Below, piece by piece: positions 55,580-64,000 of a stretch of DNA of 64,000 nucleotides. The stretch is from Actinomycetota bacterium (GTDB lineage: Bacteria; Actinomycetota; AC-67): the NCBI GenBank assembly GCA_041658565.1, contig JBAZZY010000001.1, forward strand, positions 279,405-343,404, given 5' to 3'. A program made the translations under genes and the position numbers. Each line of letters begins with the position of its first letter. Position 1 is the first letter of the stretch. Under the pieces are notes generated by a model. It saw only the letters and a list, made by a program, of their open reading frames with translations, was not told where the DNA came from and did no database searches.

Positions 55580-55650
55580 GGGCCGCCACTCTACCGGCGC
55601 CCCGATCCCGCCAACAACAGTCCCGCGGCCTTCCCCCGTTCGCCCGACGC

Positions 55651-56115
55651 CTAAGACGAGCGTTCTACGCGCTTCTTGAGCCCCTTCAGCGCGGTATCGA
55701 TGATTCGCTTCTCCCCCTGTCGCTTCAGGAATCCAGGAATCGGGATCCCAAGTTCTGCGCTCGTCCGGTAGGTAACCTTCGTTGCGGCCCCCTCGGCTTC
55801 CAAGAGGTACTCACCCTCGATATTGCGGACACCTGTCCCGCCGGCAAAGCTCCACTCGATCCCCGAGTTCCCATCCCGGTAGTTGTAAGACAGCGAATAA
55901 CGCGCGTTGATCGGGCCGGCGCTCAACTCGAAGTACACCAGGGTGGCGCGACCCCCGTCGTCTCGCTCGCGAACCTCAGTCGCCTGGAAATCCGCCCAGT
56001 CCGGGTATGCCTCGAAGTCGGTAATGACCTTCATGATGGCCGACGGATCGGCCTGGATCACGATGCTGCCCTCGGTGCGGTCGGCCACGGCTTTCTCCCC
56101 TCTCGTGGATTTCAT
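55651..56115 (-). CDS. SRPBCC (START/Bet v1-like, polyketide-cyclase fold) protein
   Basis: 154 aa. ..IVIQADPSAIMKVITDFEAYPDWA.. typical SRPBCC N-terminus. Confidence 0.65.
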   Translation of the reverse strand: MKSTRGEKAVADRTEGSIVIQADPSAIMKVITDFEAYPDWADFQATEVRERDDGGRATLVYFELSAGPINARYSLSYNYRDGNSGIEWSFAGGTGVRNIEGEYLLEAEGAATKVTYRTSAELGIPIPGFLKRQGEKRIIDTALKGLKKRVERSS

Positions 56116-56147
56116 TCTCGCACGGACCCCCGGTATCCTTGGACCGT

Positions 56148-56888
56148 ATGGCGATCAAAGCGATTCTTTTCGACTTCGGCCACACCCTCATGGATTTCGG
56201 CCGCACGGAAGAGGCGCTCCGCGGGGCGTATTCCGTTATCCGCGACCGTCTCGCCGCTTGGGTGGAGGACCGATCGCCGCCCGAGATCGATGAGCTGGTC
56301 GAACGCATCGCCGACGAGATCGACCGGATGGTCGAGCGCTCCTACCAGCAACGCAAACTCGAGGAACTGGACATCATCGAGTTGTTCGACGACGCATTCT
56401 CGGCGCTGGGCTATCGCCTGCCCGAGGAGCTACTGCGCGAAGTGGCGGAGTTGGATCACGAAGCGCTCGTGAAGTCGGTGCGAATCGAGCCTGAGACCGT
56501 CGAAGTCATCCAACAACTGCGGAAGAAGGGCCTTCGCATCGGTCTGGTGTCGAACGTGTCGCAGTTGCCTGAGTTGCTGTACCGCGACCTCGAGAACTTC
56601 GGACTTCGGCCTCTGTTCGACGGGATCGGGTTCTCCAGCGAACTCGGCGTGCGCAAGCCGCGACCGAAGATCTTTCACTACGTGCTCGACGCGATCGGAG
56701 TCCAACCGGACGAAGCCGTGTTCGTCGGGGACCGCCTGGTGGACGACATAGCCGGCGCGCACGCGGTCGGAATGCGGGCCGTCCTCACTCGTCAGTATCG
56801 CAGCGAGGAACCGGACGACGACATCCAGCCCGACGCAGTGATCGAGCGGATATCCGAACTACCCGCGCTGATCGAGTCCTGGGTCTAG
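56148..56888 (+). CDS. HAD-superfamily hydrolase
   Basis: Motif I ..AILFDFGHTL.. (second Asp replaced by Gly), motif III/IV ..VFVGDRLVDDIAGA... The track starts at TTG 56139; ATG 56148 preferred. Confidence 0.7.
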   Translation: MAIKAILFDFGHTLMDFGRTEEALRGAYSVIRDRLAAWVEDRSPPEIDELVERIADEIDRMVERSYQQRKLEELDIIELFDDAFSALGYRLPEELLREVAELDHEALVKSVRIEPETVEVIQQLRKKGLRIGLVSNVSQLPELLYRDLENFGLRPLFDGIGFSSELGVRKPRPKIFHYVLDAIGVQPDEAVFVGDRLVDDIAGAHAVGMRAVLTRQYRSEEPDDDIQPDAVIERISELPALIESWV

Positions 56889-56893
56889 AACCG

Positions 56894-57346
56894 TCACGAC
56901 GAGAGCGCTCCGGCTCCCGCGCGCGCCCGAAGTTCGAGAAAGTCCTTCAGCCCATTGATCCCCAGCCGGATCGCCCACCGATGACGCCGCACGCGTGAAG
57001 ACGGACGGCGGAACCGTCCGCGATCGCCCGGCTCGACGTCGAGGTAGTAGTGCACGATCGTCCCGTTCTTGAAGGACTCCATCCACCACTCCCCCCGTCC
57101 CCGAAGTTCGCCCCGTTCGAGCGTCCACGTAAGCCCTTCGCGAGGACGGATGTTGGAGATCGCTGCGGCGAACTTCACTCGAGCGAAGCGACGCCCTGCC
57201 GGAGCGTCCAGACTCAGGCGGCCGCCGTTGGTCTGCACGCGCGCGCGCGGCCACCAAGGATCCCCTGCGCCGAGTTGCAGCAGCGCGCGCTGCACGTCTT
57301 CCAACGGCGCGGTGATGAATACTTCGTCGGTACTGCTCATTCGCAC
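56894..57346 (-). CDS. SRPBCC-like / polyketide cyclase-dehydrase family protein
   Basis: 150-aa ORF convergent with the HAD gene. Weak START-like pattern. Coding-like composition. Confidence 0.45.
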   Translation of the reverse strand: MRMSSTDEVFITAPLEDVQRALLQLGAGDPWWPRARVQTNGGRLSLDAPAGRRFARVKFAAAISNIRPREGLTWTLERGELRGRGEWWMESFKNGTIVHYYLDVEPGDRGRFRRPSSRVRRHRWAIRLGINGLKDFLELRARAGAGALSS

Positions 57347-57423
57347 GGCGCGAGTATAGATGAGGCATCAGCCCGAAGTACCCTCTGCCTGGTGACGCCC
57401 CGTGGCGGTAGGATCGACCCGAC

Positions 57424-57942
57424 ATGGTCGGCGCCGGCGAACGAGACCGTGACCGCACAGGCCGGGCGCAAAGTGCTCGGCCGAGAGATCGCCTCGGCCG
57501 TCCGCTCCCTCGCGGCTCCCCGAACGAGCACGACGCTCGACCTCTGCCCGACGATCCCTTGGAACTTCTGCGGATCGGCGTGGAGCACTTCGATGCGCAG
57601 CAGTTCTTCGACGCACACGAAGCTTGGGAGACCGCCTGGCACCCGTCTCCCGCCACCGAACGGGAATTCTGGCAGGGAATCACGCAGATCGCCGTCGGAT
57701 TCACGCACTTCCAGCGGAACAATCTCGTCGGCGCAGTGACGCTTCTGCGGCGTGGAGCGGCAAGACTCCAGGGCTATCCACCCGAGTTCCTGAGATTCCC
57801 GGTCGCACGACTCGCAGCCGACGCACACAACGCGGCCGACACTATCGAGCGCGATGGGCCCCACGCGCAGATCACCTTTCCCACGATTGCCGCCGATCGC
57901 CAAGAAGCCGCCTCAGCGGGCAGCGATGAGCGCGAGCGTTAA
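57424..57942 (+). CDS. DUF309 domain protein
   Basis: ..LLRIGVEHFDAQQFFDAHEAWETAWH...WQGITQIAVGFTHFQRNNLVGAVTLL.. matches the DUF309 helical pattern. Confidence 0.5.
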   Translation: MVGAGERDRDRTGRAQSARPRDRLGRPLPRGSPNEHDARPLPDDPLELLRIGVEHFDAQQFFDAHEAWETAWHPSPATEREFWQGITQIAVGFTHFQRNNLVGAVTLLRRGAARLQGYPPEFLRFPVARLAADAHNAADTIERDGPHAQITFPTIAADRQEAASAGSDERER

Positions 57943-58824
57943 GACGACACCGACCAGAAAGCTGGTTCCCAACGTGGCTCCCAGCAGGTTCAAAGATCGC
58001 TGAAGCGTCGGGTCCCGGAACGCGCGAGACCACGAGCCGCCCAACGGGAGCGCGGTCACCAGCGCGAGGAGTCCGTACATCGGGAAGATCCCGAAGGCAA
58101 CCTCGAGCGTCAGCGCAACATAAACCGCGACAATCGCACCGGCAGAAATCAGCAACGCCTTCTCCGGTCCAAGCACTGCCACCGGGGTCATCTTCCTAAC
58201 AGCCTTGTCGGCACGCCAATGCAGGAAGTTGTGATGGAACACGACCAGTGTCGTCAGCATGCCGGGAACGATGCCCGCCCATACGGCCACCGCGTCAATG
58301 CGCCCCGTCTGGACGTAGTACGAACCCACCACGGGCAGCACCCCAAACCCTACGAAGATGCCCAGTTCCCCGAGCCCCTTACCTCGATAGCCGTACCGCA
58401 AGGGAGGCGCGAAGTACTGCCAGGCCAGAACAGCTCCCGTCGAACCGATCGCCAGCACGGCTACGCCGCGCGCGACGGCGATCACGGCGCCGGTGGCCAA
58501 CGCCGCGGCGGCGAGCAACGCGGCAAGTCCCAGCATCCCACGCGCGCTCACTTGCCCGCTCTCAATCAGGCCGGAACCGGTCGCAATCGCGGTGCGGTCG
58601 ATGCGCGCCAGCTTGTCCACGCCCGACCGTGCGTCGAAGTAGTCGTTGACGACGTTGGCTGCCAGGTGAAACGCAGCAGCCCCGGCAAGGGTCACGCCGA
58701 ACCACCCCCACGCGTACGCGGCGCCTCGCTGCCACGCCAGGGCCGCCCCCACGACCACCGGGGACAGCATCACCGGCAGAGTCTTCGCGCGAGTCGCGCG
58801 ACCGAGCACCGCGAGATCAACCAA
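57913..58824 (-). CDS. UbiA-family prenyltransferase (MenA-like)
   Basis: ..NVVNDYFDARSGVD.. Asp-rich motif, polytopic membrane protein. Start uncertain (GTG about 58824; the track extends to 58989). Confidence 0.7.
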   Translation of the reverse strand: MVDLAVLGRATRAKTLPVMLSPVVVGAALAWQRGAAYAWGWFGVTLAGAAAFHLAANVVNDYFDARSGVDKLARIDRTAIATGSGLIESGQVSARGMLGLAALLAAAALATGAVIAVARGVAVLAIGSTGAVLAWQYFAPPLRYGYRGKGLGELGIFVGFGVLPVVGSYYVQTGRIDAVAVWAGIVPGMLTTLVVFHHNFLHWRADKAVRKMTPVAVLGPEKALLISAGAIVAVYVALTLEVAFGIFPMYGLLALVTALPLGGSWSRAFRDPTLQRSLNLLGATLGTSFLVGVVLTLALIAAR

Positions 58825-59284
58825 AGGTGAACTCGGTGACCGGCGGAGTTGCCGTAAGGTCGGTGACGCGCAGCCGATCGACGCGGATGCGCACCGGAGT
58901 CGAGTCGAACCGTTCGAGGAACTCCCCCGCGGCACCCGTCTTCCGGCGGAGGCAATCCAGGATCTCCACGGCGTCCTCAGCGTCCGCAATCCTCACGGTG
59001 CCGGCACCTTGAATCCAGCGATCCGGCACGTCGCCGGCGACGATGAAGGATGCGCGCGGGGACCGACGGGTCATCTCGAGCTTGCGCGCGTCCAACACGA
59101 GGGCGCAACAGATATCAAGCGCGCCTGCGGTCGGCTCGTCCTCGACGAAGAACGCCTTCCCGACCCACGGCTCACCGTCACGATTCATCGCGATGGACAT
59201 CGTCGTGTGCGAGTCGAAGATCCCCTTCGCAGCCTCGACGCGCTCCGACGCCTCAACTTCACTTGGGGTTAGATCGTCTGCCAT
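58817..59284 (-). CDS. pyridoxamine 5'-phosphate oxidase-like FMN/F420-binding split-barrel protein
   Basis: 155 aa. PNPOx-like fold pattern, common in actinobacteria. Confidence 0.55.
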   Translation of the reverse strand: MADDLTPSEVEASERVEAAKGIFDSHTTMSIAMNRDGEPWVGKAFFVEDEPTAGALDICCALVLDARKLEMTRRSPRASFIVAGDVPDRWIQGAGTVRIADAEDAVEILDCLRRKTGAAGEFLERFDSTPVRIRVDRLRVTDLTATPPVTEFTFG

Positions 59285-59350
59285 GCCAGCAGGCTAACGG
59301 CAGGTCGCGGCCGCGGCAACGCCTGATGTCCAAAGCTAGGATGCGCGGCA

Positions 59351-60595
59351 GTGAAACGCGCCGAACCTAATCACGCGCGCCGTGGTGAGTTCACGGCCCT
59401 TTTGCGCCGTAATCCGGCCTTCGCCCGCGCGTACGGCGCTCAATTGGTTTCGTTCGGCGGCGACTGGTTCGCAACCGTGGCTCTGCAAGGCCTTGTTCTG
59501 GAGTTGACTCATCAGCCCTCGATCGCGGCACTGCTGCTCACGACGCAGATGCTGCCGACGGCGCTGGCCAGCCCGTTTGCCGGCGTAGTCGCCGACCACT
59601 TCGATCGCCGGGCGGTGATGATCATCGCCGACGTCGCGCGCGCGCTGCTCGCGCTGGGACTGCTGTTCGTTAACTCGACGAACACTTTGTGGATTGCCTT
59701 CGTCTGCATGGGATCGATGTCCCTGCTGGCCGCATTCTTCGATCCGGCCTCGTCCGCGGCACTCCCCAATCTCGTTCGCGAAGAAGACCTCCCCGCGGCC
59801 AACGTGCTCATGGGATCCGCGTGGGGAACGATGCTCGCCGTGGGCGCCGCGATCGGCGGCGCAGTCACCGCAACGCTCGGGCGCGACGCGGCGTTCATCG
59901 GCGATGCGCTGTCCTTTCTGATTTCAGCCTCACTTCTCGCCTCGATCACCGTGCGCTTCCAGTCGCGGGCATCCAGACCCGAGGGCCGGCCGCAATTCCT
60001 GAGCGGCTTCGCCGAAATGCTGCAATTCGCGCGCCGAGAGCGGCACGTCGGATCGTTGCTGATCGTCAAGGCCGGCTTCGGACTGGCCGGCGGCGTTCTG
60101 GCGCTGATCGCAGTTATGGCGACGGAAGTATTTAGTTCGGGCGACCGAGGAATCGGACTGCTGATGAGCGCGCGAGGAGCCGGCGCACTGATCGGCCCGT
60201 TCTTGTTCCGTCGGTTGTTCGGCACGCACGGTCGGAACTTGTTCCGCAGCATCGCTATCGCGTTCAGCGTCTTCGGTGGCGGATATGTCTTGTTCGGCCT
60301 CGCTCCGACGCTGTGGGTCGCTGCCGCCGGAGCCTTCGTTGCGCACCTGGGCGGCGGCGCCCAGTGGACTCTGTCCACGCTCGGATTGCAGAGATACTCG
60401 CCGGACGCAATCCGCGGCCGGGTGTTCGCGGCCGATTACAGCCTGATTTCGCTCACCATCGGCGCGTCGATGGTTGGCGCGGGTTTCCTCGCGGGACGCT
60501 ACGGAACGCGTCCCGTGGTGCTCGGGCTGGCTTCTCTGGGCGTAGTGTGGACGGCAGCGTGGACCGCGCTCACGCGCGGGACTTGGCCTGAGTAA
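59351..60595 (+). CDS. MFS transporter
   Basis: 12-TM profile. ..FGGDWFATVALQGLVL.. and ..ADHFDRRAVM.. MFS motifs. Confidence 0.8.
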   Translation: MKRAEPNHARRGEFTALLRRNPAFARAYGAQLVSFGGDWFATVALQGLVLELTHQPSIAALLLTTQMLPTALASPFAGVVADHFDRRAVMIIADVARALLALGLLFVNSTNTLWIAFVCMGSMSLLAAFFDPASSAALPNLVREEDLPAANVLMGSAWGTMLAVGAAIGGAVTATLGRDAAFIGDALSFLISASLLASITVRFQSRASRPEGRPQFLSGFAEMLQFARRERHVGSLLIVKAGFGLAGGVLALIAVMATEVFSSGDRGIGLLMSARGAGALIGPFLFRRLFGTHGRNLFRSIAIAFSVFGGGYVLFGLAPTLWVAAAGAFVAHLGGGAQWTLSTLGLQRYSPDAIRGRVFAADYSLISLTIGASMVGAGFLAGRYGTRPVVLGLASLGVVWTAAWTALTRGTWPE

Positions 60596-60615
60596 CTCAC
60601 CCGGAGTCCGACTGA

Positions 60616-62676
60616 ATGGCGACAACACCCAACCAGCTCATCGATGAGACGAGCCCGTACTTGCTGCAGCACGCACTCAACCCCGTGGACTGGCATCCCT
60701 GGGGAGACGAGGCGTTGGCGCTCGCCGCCGCGCAGGACAAACCATTGCTCGTGTCGATTGGGTACGCCGCTTGTCACTGGTGTCACGTGATGGAGCGCGA
60801 GTCCTTCCAGGACGCCGAAATCGCGCGCGTGATGAACGAGTGGTTCGTGTGCGTCAAGGTGGATCGAGAGGAACGGCCCGACATCGATGCCGTGTACATG
60901 GCCGCGGTCCAAGCCCTCACAGGACGCGGCGGGTGGCCGATGACCGTGTTCTGCACGCCGCAGGCTAGACCGTTTTTCGCCGGAACGTACTTCCCTCCCG
61001 ACGATCGCCACGGCATTCCATCTTTCCGTCGCGTCATGGAGGCCATCCGGGATTCCTGGGTCAACCGTCGACAGGATCTGGAGTCCCGCAGCGAGGAGTT
61101 AACCGCGCACCTGGCGCAGGCGCTGCCGGCGCGCGACGACGAACCCGATCCCCAGATCACCCAAGATGCCGCGCGAACGATGCTGGAGTCCCACGATTCC
61201 GAGTGGGGCGGATTCGGAACCGGGATGAAGTTTCCGCAGGCCTCGGCGCTGGAGTTCCTGCTGCGCATGCGCGATCGGATTCCGGGCGCGCGCGAAGCGC
61301 TTAGGCTGACGCTCGACCGGATGGCCCGTGGGGGAATATTCGACCAGCTCGGCGGCGGATTCCATCGCTATTCGGTCGATCGCGTCTGGCTCGTGCCGCA
61401 CTTCGAGAAAATGCTGTACGACAACGCCCTGCTGCTGCGTCTCTACGCGCGCGCCTGGCAGGCCTTCGAATCGGAGGAGTTTCGCCGGACCGCGGCATCC
61501 ACCGGCACATTCCTGCTTCGGGAGATGCGGCAGTCCGAGGGCGGCTTCTCCTCAAGTCTGGACGCCGATTCCGAGGGAGTGGAAGGCCGGTACTACGTTT
61601 GGCCGTACGAGGAACTGATTGCATCGGCAGGCGACGATATGCCGCTTGCGATCGCGGCGTTTGCTGCGGCCGGGAACGGAAATTGGGAGAAGACCAACGT
61701 CTTGTGGCGACCCCATACCGACGAAGAAATCGCTGCGCAGACGTCTACCACCGTTGAGGAGGTACGCGCAGCGATTGCCCGTGCCTCACATCGGCTATTC
61801 GAGGCACGAAGAGACCGGGCGCGACCCGCCACCGACGACAAAGTGCTCGCGGGATGGAACGGCCTGGCGATCGCAGGGCTTGCCGAAGCCGGACGCACCT
61901 TGGCGCGCGCCGACTTCATCCAGGCCGCAGCGGGGGCGGCGGACTTTGTCCTGACGCGGATGCGGACCCCGGACGGCCGGCTATGCCGATCCTGGAGAGG
62001 CGGACGCACCAGCGGTCCCGCCTATCTGGAGGACTACGCCATGATGGCCGACGGCTGCCTGACGCTCTACGAGACGACCTTCGACCCCCGATGGTGGGAT
62101 GAAGCCCTCGGGCTCGCGCGCGACCTCTTAGCGTTGTTCGCAGACCACGAGGGGGCTGGGTTCTACGACACCGGATCCGACGTGCCGACGCTGTTGGTGC
62201 GGCCCAAGGATCTCGTCGACGGAGCCGTGGCCTGCGGAAACTCGGCGGCCGCCGGCGTGCTGCTTCGAATCACCGCGCTCTCGGGCGACAGAACCTTTGA
62301 GGAGGCGGCCGCGCCTTATCTGCGTGCGGTCGCGGAGCACGCACGGCGATCACCGCTTGGATTCGGCAGCGCCTTGTGCGCCCTGGACCGGTACGCGCGT
62401 GGATCGATCGAGATCGCCATCGTCGGCGACCTCGCCGCATCCGGGACTCGCGAACTGATCAAGACCGCATGGAGCGCCTGCGGCCCCGACGACGCGCTCG
62501 CTGCTGGACCCCAAGGATCTACCGAGCCGGCGCTCCTGCGGGGCCGGACAGAGCACGACGGACGAGCCGCCGCGTACGTCTGCCGCGACTTCGCATGCAA
62601 CGCCCCTGCGACCGAATCGGCCGCGCTGCGAAAGGAACTCGTGGGGCAAACCGGCAGGTCCGAGGGTCGAAGGTAA
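60616..62676 (+). CDS. thioredoxin-domain protein YyaL (DUF255, N-acylglucosamine-2-epimerase-like C-terminal domain)
   Basis: ..[39 protein letters not shown].. thioredoxin-like CxxC plus (alpha/alpha)6-barrel C-terminus. Confidence 0.85.
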   Translation: MATTPNQLIDETSPYLLQHALNPVDWHPWGDEALALAAAQDKPLLVSIGYAACHWCHVMERESFQDAEIARVMNEWFVCVKVDREERPDIDAVYMAAVQALTGRGGWPMTVFCTPQARPFFAGTYFPPDDRHGIPSFRRVMEAIRDSWVNRRQDLESRSEELTAHLAQALPARDDEPDPQITQDAARTMLESHDSEWGGFGTGMKFPQASALEFLLRMRDRIPGAREALRLTLDRMARGGIFDQLGGGFHRYSVDRVWLVPHFEKMLYDNALLLRLYARAWQAFESEEFRRTAASTGTFLLREMRQSEGGFSSSLDADSEGVEGRYYVWPYEELIASAGDDMPLAIAAFAAAGNGNWEKTNVLWRPHTDEEIAAQTSTTVEEVRAAIARASHRLFEARRDRARPATDDKVLAGWNGLAIAGLAEAGRTLARADFIQAAAGAADFVLTRMRTPDGRLCRSWRGGRTSGPAYLEDYAMMADGCLTLYETTFDPRWWDEALGLARDLLALFADHEGAGFYDTGSDVPTLLVRPKDLVDGAVACGNSAAAGVLLRITALSGDRTFEEAAAPYLRAVAEHARRSPLGFGSALCALDRYARGSIEIAIVGDLAASGTRELIKTAWSACGPDDALAAGPQGSTEPALLRGRTEHDGRAAAYVCRDFACNAPATESAALRKELVGQTGRSEGRR

Positions 62677-62791
62677 CCCTTCAGGTCGCCTTCTGAGCCT
62701 CCGGCCTTTAGTATCGTTGCCGCGCAGGGAATAGCCGGGCCCCAAAAACGTTAAGGAATCTAGCGGGGCAGAAAGGTGTGACACGCAACTA

Positions 62792-63841
62792 GTGGCACAA
62801 AGCGACGACGGACCGCCGTCCGACCGGGATGAGGATCTCGATCTCGACGACGCAGAATTGCTGGCGGAAGCCGCCGAGCAACTCGCGCAGGCTGAAGACG
62901 AAACCCCTCTGAGGCCGGAAGAAGCCGAGCGACTCGGCGATCTCGACGCGCTCGGAACCTACCTGCGCGAGATCGGCCGCTACCCCCTGCTGACTGCGGC
63001 GCAGGAGGTCGAACTCGCCAAACGCATCGAGGCTGGGATGAAATCCGATAAGCGCCTCGAAAAAGGCGAGAGCCTCACGCCGACCAAGCGCCGCCAGCTT
63101 GAGATGCTGGCGCGAGACGGAGCCTCCGCAAAGCACGACATGGTCCAGGCCAACCTGCGACTGGTCGTTTCGATCGCGCGCCGCTATCGCGCAACAGGCA
63201 TCCCCCTGCTCGACCTTGTGCAAGAGGGCAACATCGGCCTGATGCGCGCGGTGGACAAGTTTGAGTGGCGAAAGGGCTTCAAGTTCTCGACGTACGCCAC
63301 CTGGTGGATCCGCCAGGCGATCCAGCGCGGCATCGCCGACCGCGGCCGAGCCATCCGTCTTCCCGTGCACGTGCATGAGTTGCTGGTTCGGGTTCGGCGC
63401 GCGCGAAGCGAACTCGAAGCCCAACTCGGCCGTGAAGCCACGGACGAAGAGGTCGCCAAGGCCGCGCGCCTTCCCCTGGCGCGCGTGCGTGAACTACGCG
63501 GCCTTGCTGCGAACTTGCTGTCTCTGGAGACCCCGGTCGGCGAGGCCGGCGAGGCGACCCTTGGGGAATTCGTCCCCGACGAGGCCGCGAACACACAGTT
63601 CGACGACGTCCTATCGGGAATCGGTCGCGAGGAACTCGACCGCGTCATGTCGACGCTGACCGAGCGCGAACAGATGATCTTGCGACTTCGCTTCGGCCTC
63701 ACCGGTGAAGAACCACTGACCCTGGAAGAAGTCGGCCGTCGGTTCGGTCTGACCCGTGAGCGCATCCGCCAACTGGAAGCCAAAGCGCTGGCCAAGTTGC
63801 GCCACCCGTCACGTTCGGCGGCGCTGCGAACCGAAACCTGA
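62792..63841 (+). CDS. RNA polymerase sigma-70 factor (group 1/2, primary-like)
   Basis: Regions 1.2-4.2 present: ..LGTYLREIGRYPLLTAAQEVELAKRIEAG.., ..LVVSIARRY..GIPLLDLVQEGNIGLMRAVDKF.., ..FSTYATWWIRQAIQR.., ..TLEEVGRRFGLTRERIRQLEAKALAKLRH... GTG start. Acidic N-terminus. Confidence 0.9.
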   Translation: MAQSDDGPPSDRDEDLDLDDAELLAEAAEQLAQAEDETPLRPEEAERLGDLDALGTYLREIGRYPLLTAAQEVELAKRIEAGMKSDKRLEKGESLTPTKRRQLEMLARDGASAKHDMVQANLRLVVSIARRYRATGIPLLDLVQEGNIGLMRAVDKFEWRKGFKFSTYATWWIRQAIQRGIADRGRAIRLPVHVHELLVRVRRARSELEAQLGREATDEEVAKAARLPLARVRELRGLAANLLSLETPVGEAGEATLGEFVPDEAANTQFDDVLSGIGREELDRVMSTLTEREQMILRLRFGLTGEEPLTLEEVGRRFGLTRERIRQLEAKALAKLRHPSRSAALRTET

Positions 63842-63854
63842 TTCCGAACCGCCC

Positions 63855-64000
63855 TTACGCCCGAGCGACTTCTGGAACCAGCACTACAGTCGGCTCGCCG
63901 GGATACTCCACCGTAGGCACCCACCCCCGCCGCTCGATCGCCCGCTCCAGCGCCCGAACGACGTCCGGATCGAACTGAGTTCCCTCGCAGCGACGCAGTT
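63855..64000 (-). CDS. HD-domain protein, 3' end (gene continues beyond window)
   Basis: Minus-strand frame ends ..LRRCEGTQFDPDVVRALERAIERRGWV..EVARA*. The GTQFDPDVV motif is typical of the C-terminus of HD/HD-GYP phosphohydrolases. Confidence 0.35.
   Translation of the reverse strand, partial: LRRCEGTQFDPDVVRALERAIERRGWVPTVEYPGEPTVVLVPEVARA

Noticed and set aside
63184-63924. 246-aa minus-strand ORF overlapping the sigma factor gene
   Set aside because: Antisense shadow of a well-supported sigma-70 gene. Only the last ~145 nt (63855-64000), in a different frame, look like a real HD-domain gene 3' end.
1-64000. CRISPR arrays, tRNA/rRNA genes, IS elements, integrases or prophage remnants
   Set aside because: No short regularly spaced repeats, no cloverleaf-like conserved tRNA segments in the non-coding gaps, no transposase/integrase-like translations in any frame.

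Overview
High-GC (~70%) window that looks like a deep-branching actinobacterial chromosome; the lineage guess rests on murB lying inside the dcw cluster. The first ~21 kb is a complete, tightly coupled division/cell-wall (dcw) cluster, all on the minus strand: mraZ, a possible 55-aa membrane protein, rsmH, ftsL, ftsI, murE, murF, mraY, murD, ftsW, murG, murC, murB, ftsQ, ftsZ, pgeF, yggS, sepF, yggT, divIVA, then a 2-TM protein with a histone-H1-like Ala/Lys/Pro repeat tail. A TTGACA-N18-TAGAGT Pmra-like promoter and TGGGG direct repeats lie upstream of mraZ. Convergent ileS (3' end) and ychF lie at the left edge. Downstream sit an HNH endonuclease, a MerR regulator and a DUF3040 protein. Next is a LexA-box (TCGAACATATGTTCGA) controlled SOS operon: a 95-aa unknown protein, dnaE2, a catalytically intact dinB, and a translationally coupled crotonase. 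This is not the canonical imuA-imuB-dnaE2 cassette. Further right there is a divergent GAF histidine kinase, then a thiG-thiH-thiS-thiE-ogt operon behind a clear TPP riboswitch, then an NmrA-like epimerase, a PASTA Ser/Thr kinase and an EamA transporter. The strongest novel-looking signal is a textbook attenuator upstream of a type I-beta DAHP synthase: a promoter, a 19-codon leader peptide MRRYFWFYGTSGTPGAGAC with five consecutive aromatic codons, alternative hairpins and a GC stem plus U-tract terminator. Two ATGAC..GTCAT palindromes sit just upstream of it. Remaining genes are threonine aldolase, a TIMP/NTR-like secreted protein, a coupled class-III CoA-transferase and TPP-dependent (Oxc/HACL-like) enzyme pair, a secreted Ig-like protein with 42-nt tandem repeats, glpK, plsC, an alpha/beta hydrolase, a DUF2007-like ORF, carbamate kinase with a cDPG-synthetase-like P-loop protein, copZ-copA, an ArsA-like ATPase coupled to a small Cys-motif protein and a ROK glucokinase, SRPBCC, HAD, DUF309, UbiA, PNPOx, MFS and YyaL genes, and a sigma-70 factor. 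No rRNA, tRNA, CRISPR or mobile elements were seen. Many long plus-strand ORFs over the dcw region are GC-rich shadow frames, and the ORF track uses the most upstream ATG/GTG/TTG, so several N-termini are over-extended.
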